IMG/VR virus record: IMGVR_UViG_3300008255_000132
Location: 7,990-71,989 of that record
Length of the DNA: 64,000 bases
Reading direction: 5' to 3' (one strand)
Source: a virus
The notes beneath the pieces were generated by a model. The model ran no database searches. It had not been told where the DNA came from and was given only the letters and a program-made list of their open reading frames with translations. The position numbers and the translations under genes were made by a program. Positions 1-11,055 of the stretch are shown piece after piece (within the stretch, counting starts at the first letter, position 1; every line of letters begins with the position of its first letter).

Positions 1-1
1 G

Positions 2-3000
2 ATACCGCTCGGATATAAGCACTATGAGGTCACATCCAGCGGTGTAACCATGCTTGGTGGTGGTGTATTTCCGGGCGGGACCACGTTACGGGTAAAGGAC
101 GCGGCCGGGATCCAGTCCAAGGTCCTTGATGCACCTAGGTCTCGGGTCATGTTCGAGCGCCCGATCAATACGGATTCAGCCCAAGTGCTGTATTTAGGCA
201 CATCACTGACTGAGACCGTTGTCGATGAGAGCCGGATTACATTCGTGCGACCGTTGAATACGGGTGTGATCTGGCGTATCGACGCCCCGATCGTAGTCGA
301 CCACGATCACGCGCTGCACCGTACCGTCACGGATGGGACCGCGTTGATTACGCTACCAGCAACCCGCCCCATGAGTCTATCCGGCGGCGCGTTTCAGGCC
401 GACCACCCGGTTCTGGTCTTTATCGACGGTGTACTCCAGGATCCGACTACATATTCCCCGAGTTCAAGCAGGATCATTGCGCTCGATGCCGCACTGACCG
501 CTGATATCCCGGTTGATGTTTGGTATGTGGATGATGAGGATCCGGTAGAGCACCTGCATAACGCGTTGAGCCAGGTAACCCCGCTCACGGTCCCTGAGCA
601 GTACAGTGTGCACTACGCGGCCGCCGATACGTTCAACGCTGCGCGCTGGCCTGTGACTTTGTTCAGGGACGGGTTCCTGGATAATAACCCAGACCAGATT
701 GTTACCGTCGGGGGTCAGTTCATCCAATTAGCGGATGCCTTGACCCCGGGGATCTCAGTCCAGATAGATGCGATCCGCTCTGAGTTCCGGTATAGGCATG
801 TGATTCCCGCTCGCACTGATGTTGACTACGGCTATCAGGGTAGGATTCACAGTATCGGTACGGTACAGGATGGGGTCTCAGCGCCAGGTACCGTGCTTGA
901 GTCTGGTACCGGGTTCAGTTTTGCGCCTGCTACTGAGCCCGGCCAGGACGCGCTGTTGACCGCATCCGTGGCCTGGGATGAAGCCTGGCTCACCGACGTC
1001 GAGGTGGATGAGCGCGCTCTGCACACGGTCTGGGGCGCCCCTATCGGCGTCCTGCGCTATAACAGCTCGGACAGGTATCGGAACCTACTCGCGGCGATTT
1101 ACGGGGCCTACCGCGGCCCTAGTTTCGTAGACAGCCTAGCCAATTTCAGTTCTATCCTACTCGGATCCGCTTACCTTCCGACAGCGGGATACAGTCGCGG
1201 CATCGTGCGCAACGCCGCCGGCTCTGTTGTGCGGATCCAACCAACGGACCCGAAGAAGGATGCGATCGAGATCGCTCTGCTACAGGACCAGCCGCACCGG
1301 ATTCTAGACGGTAACATCGAGATGGCTCGACTCCGTGCTGTGAATCAGCTCGTGACAGTTCAAGACCGTGATCTTAGTTCAGTGCCATGGCTTGCGTTCA
1401 TGGCCCAAGACTTGAGCGAAGATTATGGGTACGCCAATCGCCTCGATGTGCGTGACGCTCACAGCTTCAGCTCTGTGCCAGCCGTGTTTGACGAGCCGAC
1501 CCAGGTCATAACCGACTACTCTGTCAACTTCTACGATCAAGAGGTATGGCCCGGCGATTTGGTGAAGCTGGTACTAGTAGCCGGTACCAGCCCCACGACT
1601 GGGGTCACGACATACACGGCTGACGCGCTGGGGACTGCGCCTGTGACGCGGCTTGTGTACGACTCAGCCAGTATCCCGCCACGATTGAATCTCCACGTGA
1701 CGCCGCCCGCACCGCTGGTTTGGAACTCAGGCTATTACCTGAGCTTGAGCGGTGCTGGGAGTCCCTGGGATACGGCGGTAAGTGAGGCCTTGACTGTGCT
1801 GACACAGAGCCCGGGTGCAGGCGCTGGTGGATCCACTTTGATAAAAGCCGACTGGCTCCCGACGCACGCCGCGCCTTCGGTCAACGTACTCACGCCTTCG
1901 AGTCCGTTACCGGTGCTCCAAGGTGTGGTCAAGGAGCAGAGCACCACGACCCCGAGCATTGCATCCACAATCCAGTTCTCATCGGTCAGTGCTGTGCTTG
2001 ATGCTCACAACATCAGGGTCCCTGTCGTGGTCAGCTCTGAGCACCTCGGGTATGGGGACGCGCACTACGGCGAGCACGGCTATGGCGGTGGTCTGCTCCA
2101 ATCCACGCCGTCGGCTTACACCGTATGGACCCGGCGCACTCGGCGCCTGGATACGTATCTGAGCCTGGATCACGCGCTTGACCAGGCTTATGCTTTGGTC
2201 CCTGGTGAGAGTGTGCAGCTCTTGAACCAGGAGTTGGCCCAGGTCTTGCGCCACAATGTGTTCACCATGGAGCTGGCTTGGGGCCAGATGGTAGATGCTG
2301 AGGCTCTTGGTGACCTGGCCATTTTGATCCAAGGTATCAAGCCCGCCGAGACTCGTGCCCTAGTCTACACAGAGGCATTCCCAGATGGGGTGCTATCTGG
2401 GCAGCTGACTGGTTCGATGATCGATGCTAGCCCGGTGATCGAGACCCTAGCCGACACCTTGTTCATGGGTGAGTCATGGCTAACTACAACCAAAGCAGCC
2501 AGCTTTGGGCCTGAACTTAACTACCTGTACAAGCCGTGGGAGCATCGGTTTGGCCCCCGGCTCGAGTCCGAGCTCAAGGCGCCGCCTACGACACCTGTCG
2601 AAGGCGGTTTCTACCTTGCGGCACCTAAAGGTAATATTGAGCACATAGGCGCCTGGGCCAAGACCTACGGCGCCGATTACGGCCTGGAGGGCACGGTGCT
2701 TCGTTACTATGCGAGCCCGGCTCGCTGGGTGGTGGATTCGGGGTTTCCTCCGAGTGCAGGGTTTGCTACAGACCTGAGTAACGGTGCGCGTCGATTAGTG
2801 GCTGGTCCAATAGGCTCGGCCACAGCGCAGCATAGTGCGCTAACTTTGAGCGTCGGGTCAGGCGAGCCGGTTACAGTCCACGCCAGGGTCTGGATCCCAA
2901 GCGCGTCGTACAGCGCACCGGGCACGGTTTACATTAGCTCGATGAGCCCGGATGTGTTCCAGCTCGGGCTGATCGTAACGAGCCCGGGCCTGCTTCAGCC

Positions 3001-6000
3001 TTGGTTTCGAGCTCACGCGGTCGATACACTCGCGCTTGTAGAGAGCCCATCAGCGTCGTATTACGATCGCTGGGTGAGTCTCACAGGCGTTTACCGCGAG
3101 GGTGTTGGCGGTTACTGGTATTCTGATATCTATGTTGACGACGGGGTACTAGCTGCTACCAGTTCTCCGAGTGGCTCGGCTAGCCCCACTGTGGTACCGG
3201 CTACTGGTGCCACCCGACTCACGCTAGGCGGACGAACGGCCTCGCCCAACACCAGCGAGTCATTCAAGGGTTACCTTGATGAGTTCAGGTTATATGCTGG
3301 GACCGAACTATCGAATCTGGAGATCGCAGCACTTTGGAATGGTGGCGCGCCGGTAATGCCGGAGCTTGGGATGGCGTCTGACGGCAGCCCGGTGGCCCCT
3401 GCTGGCATTTCGGCTTGGTACATATCGGAGCATCACGACCTGGGACAGGTTGTCGACATCTCTGGGCAGGGTTTTATCGCGACCAAGGTTAGCGCAGTGG
3501 CTGACGATGTGCTCAAGGACTGGCGTGTACCAGGTCTGGGCCGGTCTCTGCTACCCAAGCTGGGCGACACCTACGAGGCCAAGGTCGGTGGTCTGTATGT
3601 TGATAAGGGCCAGGTTGTGTCTAGCTTGCTTGCGATCCCGCCTACCCTAAGCAGTTACAGCCCTGAGATGGAGGATGTCTTCGCCGAGGCGCTTGGGACC
3701 AGCACCTTGCTTCCAACATTATTTGGGTACAACGATGTGTTGTACACCAACCCGGCGCCGTGGCTCCATTTTAAGGACACGGCCGGTTGGGTCCTGAGTA
3801 GCAGTAATCCGCAGGCACCCGGCTCGGCTCTAGCTTTGGATCAGGATCCGGTGTTCCTTGGTTTCAGCTCGCCACTAGCCTTGGATGCAGGTGGTATCAG
3901 CCACAGCCCGTTGAGTGCTGACATCGTGTTGGTGGGTGATCGACTAGTAGTCACTGCGGGTGCAAACAACGCCGGCGCGCTTACTCAGCTATCCCTAGAC
4001 GGCAATGAGCTCCTCAACGCCAGCCGCAAGGGGCGTGCAACTCAGTGGTCCTGTGAGTACACCGGGCGTGGTTTTGCGCGCCTGGTCAATGAGGCGGGCA
4101 CCCTCAACTACAGCCCTGATCAGGTCAGCAACTCCGTCCTCTTGTCGGCTAGTGCCGGAGATACGGCCTTAGTTACCTCAGCATACCTGGGTCACGCGGC
4201 TGGGTCCCTAGTCTACGACGGCGCCGCCTACGTGGCCGGCGGCACCGTGCTCCATAAGTACGTTGAGCTCGGATTTGGGGCCAACTCTAACGTTGTCAAG
4301 GTTTCGGCTCATTTCGAGCGTGATTCGAGTACCAAGGACGGGGCCTGGCGCAGCCAGTTTACGACCAGCACGGTTGCTGCCTTGAATCAGATCTGGGTAT
4401 ACCAGCCTGGTGTGAACGAGGCGCCGGTCTCGATTACAGCCCCAGGTGCTATCAACTACCCGACAACCTGGGTTGGTGGTGCTATTTTATCGAATCAGGC
4501 CCAGGATCTGGCTATTGGTGTATTCCACCGCAAGCCGGCCACGGCTACCGGCTGGTTCCAGACCCAGCTCCTAGCAGCCCCGGATAGCGTGGCTTCAAGT
4601 CCTCTTGGGATCTATAGCTCGCTGCTCAACGATCAGGAGTTTCTGGGTGCAAATCCTGGTGTAAGTGCCGGATCGTTCCGGACCGAGCGTTATATCGTAT
4701 CCGGCACTCTGATCGAGGTTGTAGGCGGCTTCAATCAGCTTGCTTACGAACTGGAGGGCGTCCAGCCCTTAATTACCGGTCCGACGCCGGCTACATACCT
4801 GGACATCGTGCAGGGCCCGGATCCGATGACGCTTGGTGCCAGTTTCGGGCTCGTAGTCCAGGCTAAAGGCTCTGGTGGTCTGATTGATACCGGGTTTAAT
4901 TTGACAGGCCTTTTGTCTCTGGTATCGGGCCCAGGCACCCTGAGTGGTGATCTGAACCCGGTGTTCATAGATGGTGAGGCTGTGGTTAGCCCGCTCACTC
5001 TGAGCCTGAGTGGTGGCTACCAGGTCATGGTCACAGCGGCTGGACTTGCGCCTGACCTTGTCACGGTCCAAGTCAATAACCCAGCTCCGTACGCCGTTTC
5101 ACCGACATACTTCATATCGAGCCCGGCTCAGGGTGCGCTGACCCTGTACGGTACTGACTTCATGTCGGTGTCCTACGTGGTCTATTCGAATTGGACCGGG
5201 AGCCCAGACCCGTATCCGAGCACATTGACTTATGTGAGCCCAGGCGAAGTTAGGTTCACACCACCGGCTACTATCCTGTCAGCATCGCCGCAGACTCTGA
5301 CCATCTCGGTCCATAACCCGGGGCCTGGTGGTGGCGCTACAGGTGAGATACCACTTACGATTGAGTCCCCAGCGACGCCGTCCCCAACGGTTGTGATCCC
5401 TGTCGCAGATCACATGCTGTTCAGCACACCCCCGGCATTGCCTGCGTTTCCTCGGGTCGGGCAGGCCACGTTACTTGGGGCGGTAGCTGTTGACTCGACG
5501 CTGGGGTATGCGCTTGATGTAACCGCATCGGGATCGGTTACCTTGAGCCCTGTGTCTATGCCGGCGGGCGCTGTGATTGGTGGTGTATTGAGTCGCGAGT
5601 TAGGTGCAGTCGCCGCAGGTTATTCGGTATTCACAGATATAACGTTTAATAGGGCCGGAACTTACGTGCTAGATGTGGTGCACGAGAGTCCGGCAGTGGT
5701 CGCCACTACATCGCCATCGCTGACACTGTTCGTATTAAACAACGCACCGACCGTTACCAGTTTGATGCCGGATAATACCGACCAGGGTACGCAAAGTCTC
5801 ACGCTCCAGGTTTTCGGCACCAACTTCGTTGAGACTGACACGGAGGTGTTACTTAGCGGGTTTCCCCGGCCTACGACTTATGTAAGCCCGGGTGAAGTCA
5901 CTGCGCTACTCGGCGCGTCTGACTTTCTTGTACCACAGGCTTACGGTATTTCGGTACTCACGAACCAGGGTGGTGGCGCCAGCAGTGCACTTACGTTCAC

Positions 6001-9000
6001 GGTCAATGGCGGCGTCGGTTCAGGATTGGCTGAAGAGGACCTATCCCCAACTATCCGTGTTCTTGGCCCAGACACGTACCAACGGGTCTTGCCTGTAGAA
6101 GGTTCGGTCCTGACCGCTGCGATGGGTCAAGCCCTGCATCGAGCTATTGAGCTGACCGGTAAGGCCACGAACGGAGCCCCGATCCACGTTTATGACGGGT
6201 CGGTCGGCGCTATCGAGGTCATCGAGATTAGCGCAGGTGCCTACAGCGCCCTCGGTGTACGCCCGGGCGCTCAGCCTGTGGCAGCGCTTAACGTTGACAT
6301 GGCTTGGCCCCCAGATGCGCTCCACCCATTGGTGATTCGGGCTGCGAAATGGACCACATCGACGGTCCCGGTCGGCGCGCAGGTCGGGGCACCCGAGCCG
6401 GTGGTGCTTATGCCCCCTCCTAACGACGTCAACAACTCTGGTGATACTCTGGGTCACATCCGAAACCCGTTGTCATCGTATTGGCACCTATACGACATCA
6501 ACATCCTGACGGCGTCACGCACCGGAATGATCACGATGGACAACAAAGGCTCTGGTACGGGTATTTCCAACCCTACCTACAGTTGGCTCGGTTGGCACTT
6601 TACACGTTGCCCGTTGCTGGGTCGTCATGACCACCGCACGTATCGACTCGATCATAACCGCTGGATTGTTGGGGCACAGGAACCTGTCGCAGCTCTGGCC
6701 CAGTTTGACAACGATGGTTCGGTGCTGCCGGCTAAGACTTGGGCACTTGACGACCTGCATCGTGCCCGGTTTGGGCGCCGGCTCACATCCAGTAACGGCT
6801 TTGCATCATCGTGGGCATCGCTCACCTCAATTCCTGCTGGTCAGATTACAGCAATCCACTCAGCCGTGTTCGTTGACCCGAGCCAGAACGTACACCGGGT
6901 CGGTTTGGCGTCGACTAGTGGTGATAAGCTCGTTCATATCGGCCTAGGGCTATTTGACCCGCTAGAGCCGGGTCTTGCGGCGCTGGGTACCGATGATTTC
7001 ATCAAGGCGGCGCCGTTCAACCCGATCACATCCCCTTTGCAGTACGCTACACCGCCGTCGCTGAGCTATACCATGGATGTGACGTGGCTTACCAACGGGT
7101 CGTTCGACGGCGTTCCCGGGGCTGGTGGGACGGTACAGGTTTGGGATCGTGTCGACGACACCACGTTAAGTGCGGGCGCCGTTCTGACGTCGGCCGGCAC
7201 TTTCAGCGTGCCATTGACCCACGGCGTGTCATCTGCCTTCATTTCGCTCACGGGCGCGGGGTCTTTCGCGTTCCGCGCCACAATCAAGGACGAGTTGGGT
7301 AATGCCGTTAAGGACCCGGCCAACCCCGATGCCGACCTGACTCGGAACGCTCTTATTCAGGTTACTCAGCACGGAATGAGCGCGTCACCAGCATCTATTG
7401 CTGTCGTCTATGACATTCCAGATCTTGAAGTGATCGCGTTATCCAACGTTACCTGGGCTTTGGACACGAACTGGACCACGGAGCCGTTCAGTGTAATCCT
7501 GGAGGCACGGACCGATCAAGGTCAGCTATCGATGGAGGTTGATGGCGCGGTTCGTGTCTCGATCAAGAGCGTGAAGACGGTCGAGGGCGTGGACATCACC
7601 CCGACCCCATACATTCTGTCCACGGAGCAGGATCACCTAATGCGTGGTGGTGTCTGCCACGTTATGGACCTGCATCCACAATTTACATCTACTGGTCCGG
7701 GTGATCTCCAGGCGATTCTAAGCGCGTCGGCTTATAGCTACGCGATCATGACCCTGGCTATGACCCCAGTCGGTACAGGGCATGTTAGTCTCGATTCACA
7801 GGAATTCACGTATGAACTCGGTGTCTGGCCCCCGGGCGGCCAGCGTGGTACAGACCCTTCGGCGCTTCCTGCCACGCTTCAGACCTACCCGTGGGCGGCC
7901 CGGCTCACTGACAAGGCGTGGTTAGGGCCTGTTGTTGATGATAACTGGCTGGCTTTAGCCCCTAATAGCGCAATCTCGGCGATTGAGACCAACGCGCCGG
8001 CTCTGGCTAAGATCAAAACCGCGACAGGGTTGCCATTTTGGTCCGGCTGGCCTGGTGATCCGGCGCACCCCAATTTCCGGCTAGGTTATCAAGCGATCTA
8101 CCCTGACCCGTCGATATGCCCAAACCTGACCTACGTCGGCTACCCCGCGACGGTGGCGTCTACCAAGTGGGCGGCGCTCCCGTTCTACTGCGACGACTGG
8201 GTCTATGAAGGCGGCCTAGTCATAAATATTGAGCAAGAGCACGGTTTCTACTTTCATAACACGGCTGGTGACACCGCGGTCAGGGATTCCACCATTATGA
8301 ACGTCGGGCGTACTGCGATCCAGAAGGCAGATAGACGGCTCGAGAACCCGTATTCTGATGTAAACGACCCGAATGACACCGGAGGCCCCGGCCGTGGTGT
8401 GTTCCGGGTCAGTAACAATACGATCATGGAAACGGGCCTGAACGATGGCGGCGGCTCAATCACACTGGCCGGGCATGGGCCGGACGGTGAGTTGATCGTG
8501 GAGGGCAATGCAGTGTTCAACGGCTATGACGATTCGTTAGCCGCTATTCGCAACATCTCTGACGGTATGTTTGGGGCCTCGATGACGGTATGGGGTGAGG
8601 CTTTAGCATCGACAGGTAGTACCACATTCACGCTCTGGAGCCTCGGGTTCAAGACGAACGGTTACCAGCAGTGGAACCCGTTCCTGCTGCGGTCTAATGG
8701 GGCTCCGGTATTCACCTATGCCGAAATCCAAGCCAACCTGGCTCATAAACTCGATTACTTCGGAGCCCTAGGTGTTGTTGGCGGAGACGGGACCCCGGTG
8801 CCTACCCCAACCTGGTACACCGACCTTCTCTACGGCTACCCGATGATGACTTACGCGGGCCAAGTTCTCGGGCTTACAGCGGATGACGGTTTCGCAGGCG
8901 CTAGTCCACAGGTGTATTTAGGGCTTACGCCGGACCCGATCTACGGTATGGGCAGCCCGACATACGGGAGCATGCACCAGAACGGACGGGTCACAGTTCG

Positions 9001-9409
9001 TAATAATCTGTTTGAGACCAACACTCCGATCCAGGGCCGGTCCTGGTCCAGCGCCCTACCTAGCCTCAACCCATATGTATCGGTTTACGCATCTGGGACC
9101 ACATATAGCAACACGCCGACCGTGATCCTTGGCGACATGCGTGAGTTGATCTTCGATAATAACACGATTCACCAGTCGGGTAGCAATGCGTTGTTCCTAG
9201 ATGAGACCGTCTCGGTCTGGACTAGTCCCCTGGAGAAAACGTCAACGCCGCCGTCCGGTATCTCTGGCGGCGACAAGCGCCTGATTATGAAGAATGCGCC
9301 TATCTGGCAGCTGTCTGGTGGCGGGAATATTATTCCAGGCCAGATACTGCGCTTTGGCGTGTCGGCACCGGCTGCGCTTATTCAACAACTCACGAGCCCT
9401 GCCACCTGA
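2..9409 (+). CDS. Giant multidomain baseplate/tail structural protein (>=3119 aa, probably 5'-truncated by the window)
   Basis: Frame is open from nt 2, upstream of the track ATG at 50. N-terminal V-F-x-D-G-V-L-Q beta repeats; baseplate-wedge-like segment (..LIQGIKPAET..); LamG-like domain (WVSLTGVY..IYVDDG..FKGYLDEFRLY, about 2870-3450); two IPT/Ig-like domains (YVSPGEV twice, about 5080-6010); C-terminal beta-helix-like region (VSNNTI, VEGNAV, VRNNLF, FDNNTI). Confidence 0.75.
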   Translation: MPLGYKHYEVTSSGVTMLGGGVFPGGTTLRVKDAAGIQSKVLDAPRSRVMFERPINTDSAQVLYLGTSLTETVVDESRITFVRPLNTGVIWRIDAPIVVDHDHALHRTVTDGTALITLPATRPMSLSGGAFQADHPVLVFIDGVLQDPTTYSPSSSRIIALDAALTADIPVDVWYVDDEDPVEHLHNALSQVTPLTVPEQYSVHYAAADTFNAARWPVTLFRDGFLDNNPDQIVTVGGQFIQLADALTPGISVQIDAIRSEFRYRHVIPARTDVDYGYQGRIHSIGTVQDGVSAPGTVLESGTGFSFAPATEPGQDALLTASVAWDEAWLTDVEVDERALHTVWGAPIGVLRYNSSDRYRNLLAAIYGAYRGPSFVDSLANFSSILLGSAYLPTAGYSRGIVRNAAGSVVRIQPTDPKKDAIEIALLQDQPHRILDGNIEMARLRAVNQLVTVQDRDLSSVPWLAFMAQDLSEDYGYANRLDVRDAHSFSSVPAVFDEPTQVITDYSVNFYDQEVWPGDLVKLVLVAGTSPTTGVTTYTADALGTAPVTRLVYDSASIPPRLNLHVTPPAPLVWNSGYYLSLSGAGSPWDTAVSEALTVLTQSPGAGAGGSTLIKADWLPTHAAPSVNVLTPSSPLPVLQGVVKEQSTTTPSIASTIQFSSVSAVLDAHNIRVPVVVSSEHLGYGDAHYGEHGYGGGLLQSTPSAYTVWTRRTRRLDTYLSLDHALDQAYALVPGESVQLLNQELAQVLRHNVFTMELAWGQMVDAEALGDLAILIQGIKPAETRALVYTEAFPDGVLSGQLTGSMIDASPVIETLADTLFMGESWLTTTKAASFGPELNYLYKPWEHRFGPRLESELKAPPTTPVEGGFYLAAPKGNIEHIGAWAKTYGADYGLEGTVLRYYASPARWVVDSGFPPSAGFATDLSNGARRLVAGPIGSATAQHSALTLSVGSGEPVTVHARVWIPSASYSAPGTVYISSMSPDVFQLGLIVTSPGLLQPWFRAHAVDTLALVESPSASYYDRWVSLTGVYREGVGGYWYSDIYVDDGVLAATSSPSGSASPTVVPATGATRLTLGGRTASPNTSESFKGYLDEFRLYAGTELSNLEIAALWNGGAPVMPELGMASDGSPVAPAGISAWYISEHHDLGQVVDISGQGFIATKVSAVADDVLKDWRVPGLGRSLLPKLGDTYEAKVGGLYVDKGQVVSSLLAIPPTLSSYSPEMEDVFAEALGTSTLLPTLFGYNDVLYTNPAPWLHFKDTAGWVLSSSNPQAPGSALALDQDPVFLGFSSPLALDAGGISHSPLSADIVLVGDRLVVTAGANNAGALTQLSLDGNELLNASRKGRATQWSCEYTGRGFARLVNEAGTLNYSPDQVSNSVLLSASAGDTALVTSAYLGHAAGSLVYDGAAYVAGGTVLHKYVELGFGANSNVVKVSAHFERDSSTKDGAWRSQFTTSTVAALNQIWVYQPGVNEAPVSITAPGAINYPTTWVGGAILSNQAQDLAIGVFHRKPATATGWFQTQLLAAPDSVASSPLGIYSSLLNDQEFLGANPGVSAGSFRTERYIVSGTLIEVVGGFNQLAYELEGVQPLITGPTPATYLDIVQGPDPMTLGASFGLVVQAKGSGGLIDTGFNLTGLLSLVSGPGTLSGDLNPVFIDGEAVVSPLTLSLSGGYQVMVTAAGLAPDLVTVQVNNPAPYAVSPTYFISSPAQGALTLYGTDFMSVSYVVYSNWTGSPDPYPSTLTYVSPGEVRFTPPATILSASPQTLTISVHNPGPGGGATGEIPLTIESPATPSPTVVIPVADHMLFSTPPALPAFPRVGQATLLGAVAVDSTLGYALDVTASGSVTLSPVSMPAGAVIGGVLSRELGAVAAGYSVFTDITFNRAGTYVLDVVHESPAVVATTSPSLTLFVLNNAPTVTSLMPDNTDQGTQSLTLQVFGTNFVETDTEVLLSGFPRPTTYVSPGEVTALLGASDFLVPQAYGISVLTNQGGGASSALTFTVNGGVGSGLAEEDLSPTIRVLGPDTYQRVLPVEGSVLTAAMGQALHRAIELTGKATNGAPIHVYDGSVGAIEVIEISAGAYSALGVRPGAQPVAALNVDMAWPPDALHPLVIRAAKWTTSTVPVGAQVGAPEPVVLMPPPNDVNNSGDTLGHIRNPLSSYWHLYDINILTASRTGMITMDNKGSGTGISNPTYSWLGWHFTRCPLLGRHDHRTYRLDHNRWIVGAQEPVAALAQFDNDGSVLPAKTWALDDLHRARFGRRLTSSNGFASSWASLTSIPAGQITAIHSAVFVDPSQNVHRVGLASTSGDKLVHIGLGLFDPLEPGLAALGTDDFIKAAPFNPITSPLQYATPPSLSYTMDVTWLTNGSFDGVPGAGGTVQVWDRVDDTTLSAGAVLTSAGTFSVPLTHGVSSAFISLTGAGSFAFRATIKDELGNAVKDPANPDADLTRNALIQVTQHGMSASPASIAVVYDIPDLEVIALSNVTWALDTNWTTEPFSVILEARTDQGQLSMEVDGAVRVSIKSVKTVEGVDITPTPYILSTEQDHLMRGGVCHVMDLHPQFTSTGPGDLQAILSASAYSYAIMTLAMTPVGTGHVSLDSQEFTYELGVWPPGGQRGTDPSALPATLQTYPWAARLTDKAWLGPVVDDNWLALAPNSAISAIETNAPALAKIKTATGLPFWSGWPGDPAHPNFRLGYQAIYPDPSICPNLTYVGYPATVASTKWAALPFYCDDWVYEGGLVINIEQEHGFYFHNTAGDTAVRDSTIMNVGRTAIQKADRRLENPYSDVNDPNDTGGPGRGVFRVSNNTIMETGLNDGGGSITLAGHGPDGELIVEGNAVFNGYDDSLAAIRNISDGMFGASMTVWGEALASTGSTTFTLWSLGFKTNGYQQWNPFLLRSNGAPVFTYAEIQANLAHKLDYFGALGVVGGDGTPVPTPTWYTDLLYGYPMMTYAGQVLGLTADDGFAGASPQVYLGLTPDPIYGMGSPTYGSMHQNGRVTVRNNLFETNTPIQGRSWSSALPSLNPYVSVYASGTTYSNTPTVILGDMRELIFDNNTIHQSGSNALFLDETVSVWTSPLEKTSTPPSGISGGDKRLIMKNAPIWQLSGGGNIIPGQILRFGVSAPAALIQQLTSPAT

Positions 9410-9461
9410 GCGGGCTTTGATTCGGCTTTACACTATGGTTGGCGCTTCATACAACCCACGA

Positions 9462-9484
9462 CTGGTACCGGAAACCAGTACCAG
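9462..9484. other. Intergenic hairpin (possible terminator or processing stem)
   Basis: CTGGTAC..GTACCAG inverted repeat with an inner GG-AAA-CC, between the giant gene and the next CDS. No U-tract. Confidence 0.35.
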
Positions 9485-9502
9485 ATCTATTAGGATGATT
9501 CT

Positions 9503-10942
9503 GTGAAGAAGATTAAGTTTGCAAATGGCATGAAGCCGCTGACCGCGGACATGGACTCAATCCACGAGTTAACAGAGGCTGCACTCAGCACTTTGATCCA
9601 GGCTCTGACCAGCGGAACCAGCGGTAAGGTGCTATTCGACAACAAGCCGCCGTCAGGTACCTATGACGCAGGTGCAGGTAGTATCAAGGTCACGGTCCCA
9701 GCCCAGTACTACTCGGTGCTAGGCACTGTGGTCCGGCAAGACGCGACCGAAATCACAGTAGCGGCGGGCTCCACTGACATTCAGATTGGTGTGTACTTGG
9801 TGGCAGGTACCAAGGGGGAGAACGAGACGCGTAACTTCCTCACTATTGACCCGGTTTCGGGCCAGGTTATTCAACAGGATCTGACTCACGAGCTCTATGT
9901 CGACGACAGTTCGCGGGTTCTACTCACAACAGTGTCAGATTTAGTCACGGCGGTACACGAGCCCACACTGGCTGAGGATGACTCTGGATTTGTTAGGCTA
10001 GGCACTATTCGGTTCACAGCATCGACCGGCGCCATCTCGGTTATTGGTAACACGGTTGACACCTACGCATTACCTGGCGGCACTACGGTCCCGGTTGAAG
10101 ACCACGGCGGCACGCACTTGCCTGGCGGTTCCGATCCACTTCCGGTGAGTGCCCTTAGTGGCGGTGCTGATGGTGGTAGTACCGCAGGGCTTCTACCCAC
10201 AGGCGGGCTCACTGCTATTTTAGGGTCTATCCAGGATGTACTGCCGGCGGATTCGGCAGCGTATATCCAGATTTTGACTCAGGGTGATAATTCTAATGAT
10301 GGCTCGGATCTCGACGCCAGGACGGCCACAATAGACCTGCGTCTTGCCGAGTCGCTGACTACGGCTGACTCAGGCGGCGTGATCCGACTCGCGGTATCGC
10401 AGGCGCCAGCTTCTGCGCTCAAGGGATCGAGCGACCGAAGCGCGCGGGAGGACCACATCCACCCTCTGGTCGAGTCTGGATTCATATTCCAGCAGATATC
10501 GTTGGACCTCAGCGCTAACAAGCTGGGTACCGTGATCCCGTATACGGTCACGGCAGCGGCTTCCGGGCAGCCGGCCGCTACCGTTGCCAAGATTATCTCG
10601 GTCGTAGCTATGTGGCAGCCGCCGAATATCAAGAGTGGGTATGAGAACCGTAGCATCGCGGCTGGCTGGGGCTTGGTTAGTTATGCTGGGTCATTGACCA
10701 CAGTGGGGTGCAGGGCGCTAATCACGGGTAAGAACACGTTTGAGCTAGAGATTGGTGCTCTTGGCGCAGCTCACGCATCCAATGCCGCGATTCAGGCGAT
10801 TAATAACTCGGATTCCGACGGTTCGGCTGCGTGGACTAACCCAACCTACCCATCTAGTGGCGAGTTCGCGAACACCGGCAAGATCTTTTTATTTGTCACA
10901 GCACTCCGCGCCGGTGCTGCATTACTGGAGCCAGGTCAGTAA
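9503..10942 (+). CDS. Tail/baseplate-associated structural protein
   Basis: 479 aa, GTG start, acidic and Gly/Ser/Thr-rich. Carries fibre-type His motifs HGGTHLPGGSDPL and SAREDHIHP. Confidence 0.6.
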   Translation: MKKIKFANGMKPLTADMDSIHELTEAALSTLIQALTSGTSGKVLFDNKPPSGTYDAGAGSIKVTVPAQYYSVLGTVVRQDATEITVAAGSTDIQIGVYLVAGTKGENETRNFLTIDPVSGQVIQQDLTHELYVDDSSRVLLTTVSDLVTAVHEPTLAEDDSGFVRLGTIRFTASTGAISVIGNTVDTYALPGGTTVPVEDHGGTHLPGGSDPLPVSALSGGADGGSTAGLLPTGGLTAILGSIQDVLPADSAAYIQILTQGDNSNDGSDLDARTATIDLRLAESLTTADSGGVIRLAVSQAPASALKGSSDRSAREDHIHPLVESGFIFQQISLDLSANKLGTVIPYTVTAAASGQPAATVAKIISVVAMWQPPNIKSGYENRSIAAGWGLVSYAGSLTTVGCRALITGKNTFELEIGALGAAHASNAAIQAINNSDSDGSAAWTNPTYPSSGEFANTGKIFLFVTALRAGAALLEPGQ

Positions 10943-11055
10943 TGGGCAACATGATCAAGCTTAAGCAGCCTGCTGATATGCTTATACGTCATGCTGGTTA
11001 GTCATCAAGCAGCCGGCCGCTCTTGGTCGCCGCGGTGTAACGGGGTGGACCGGGC

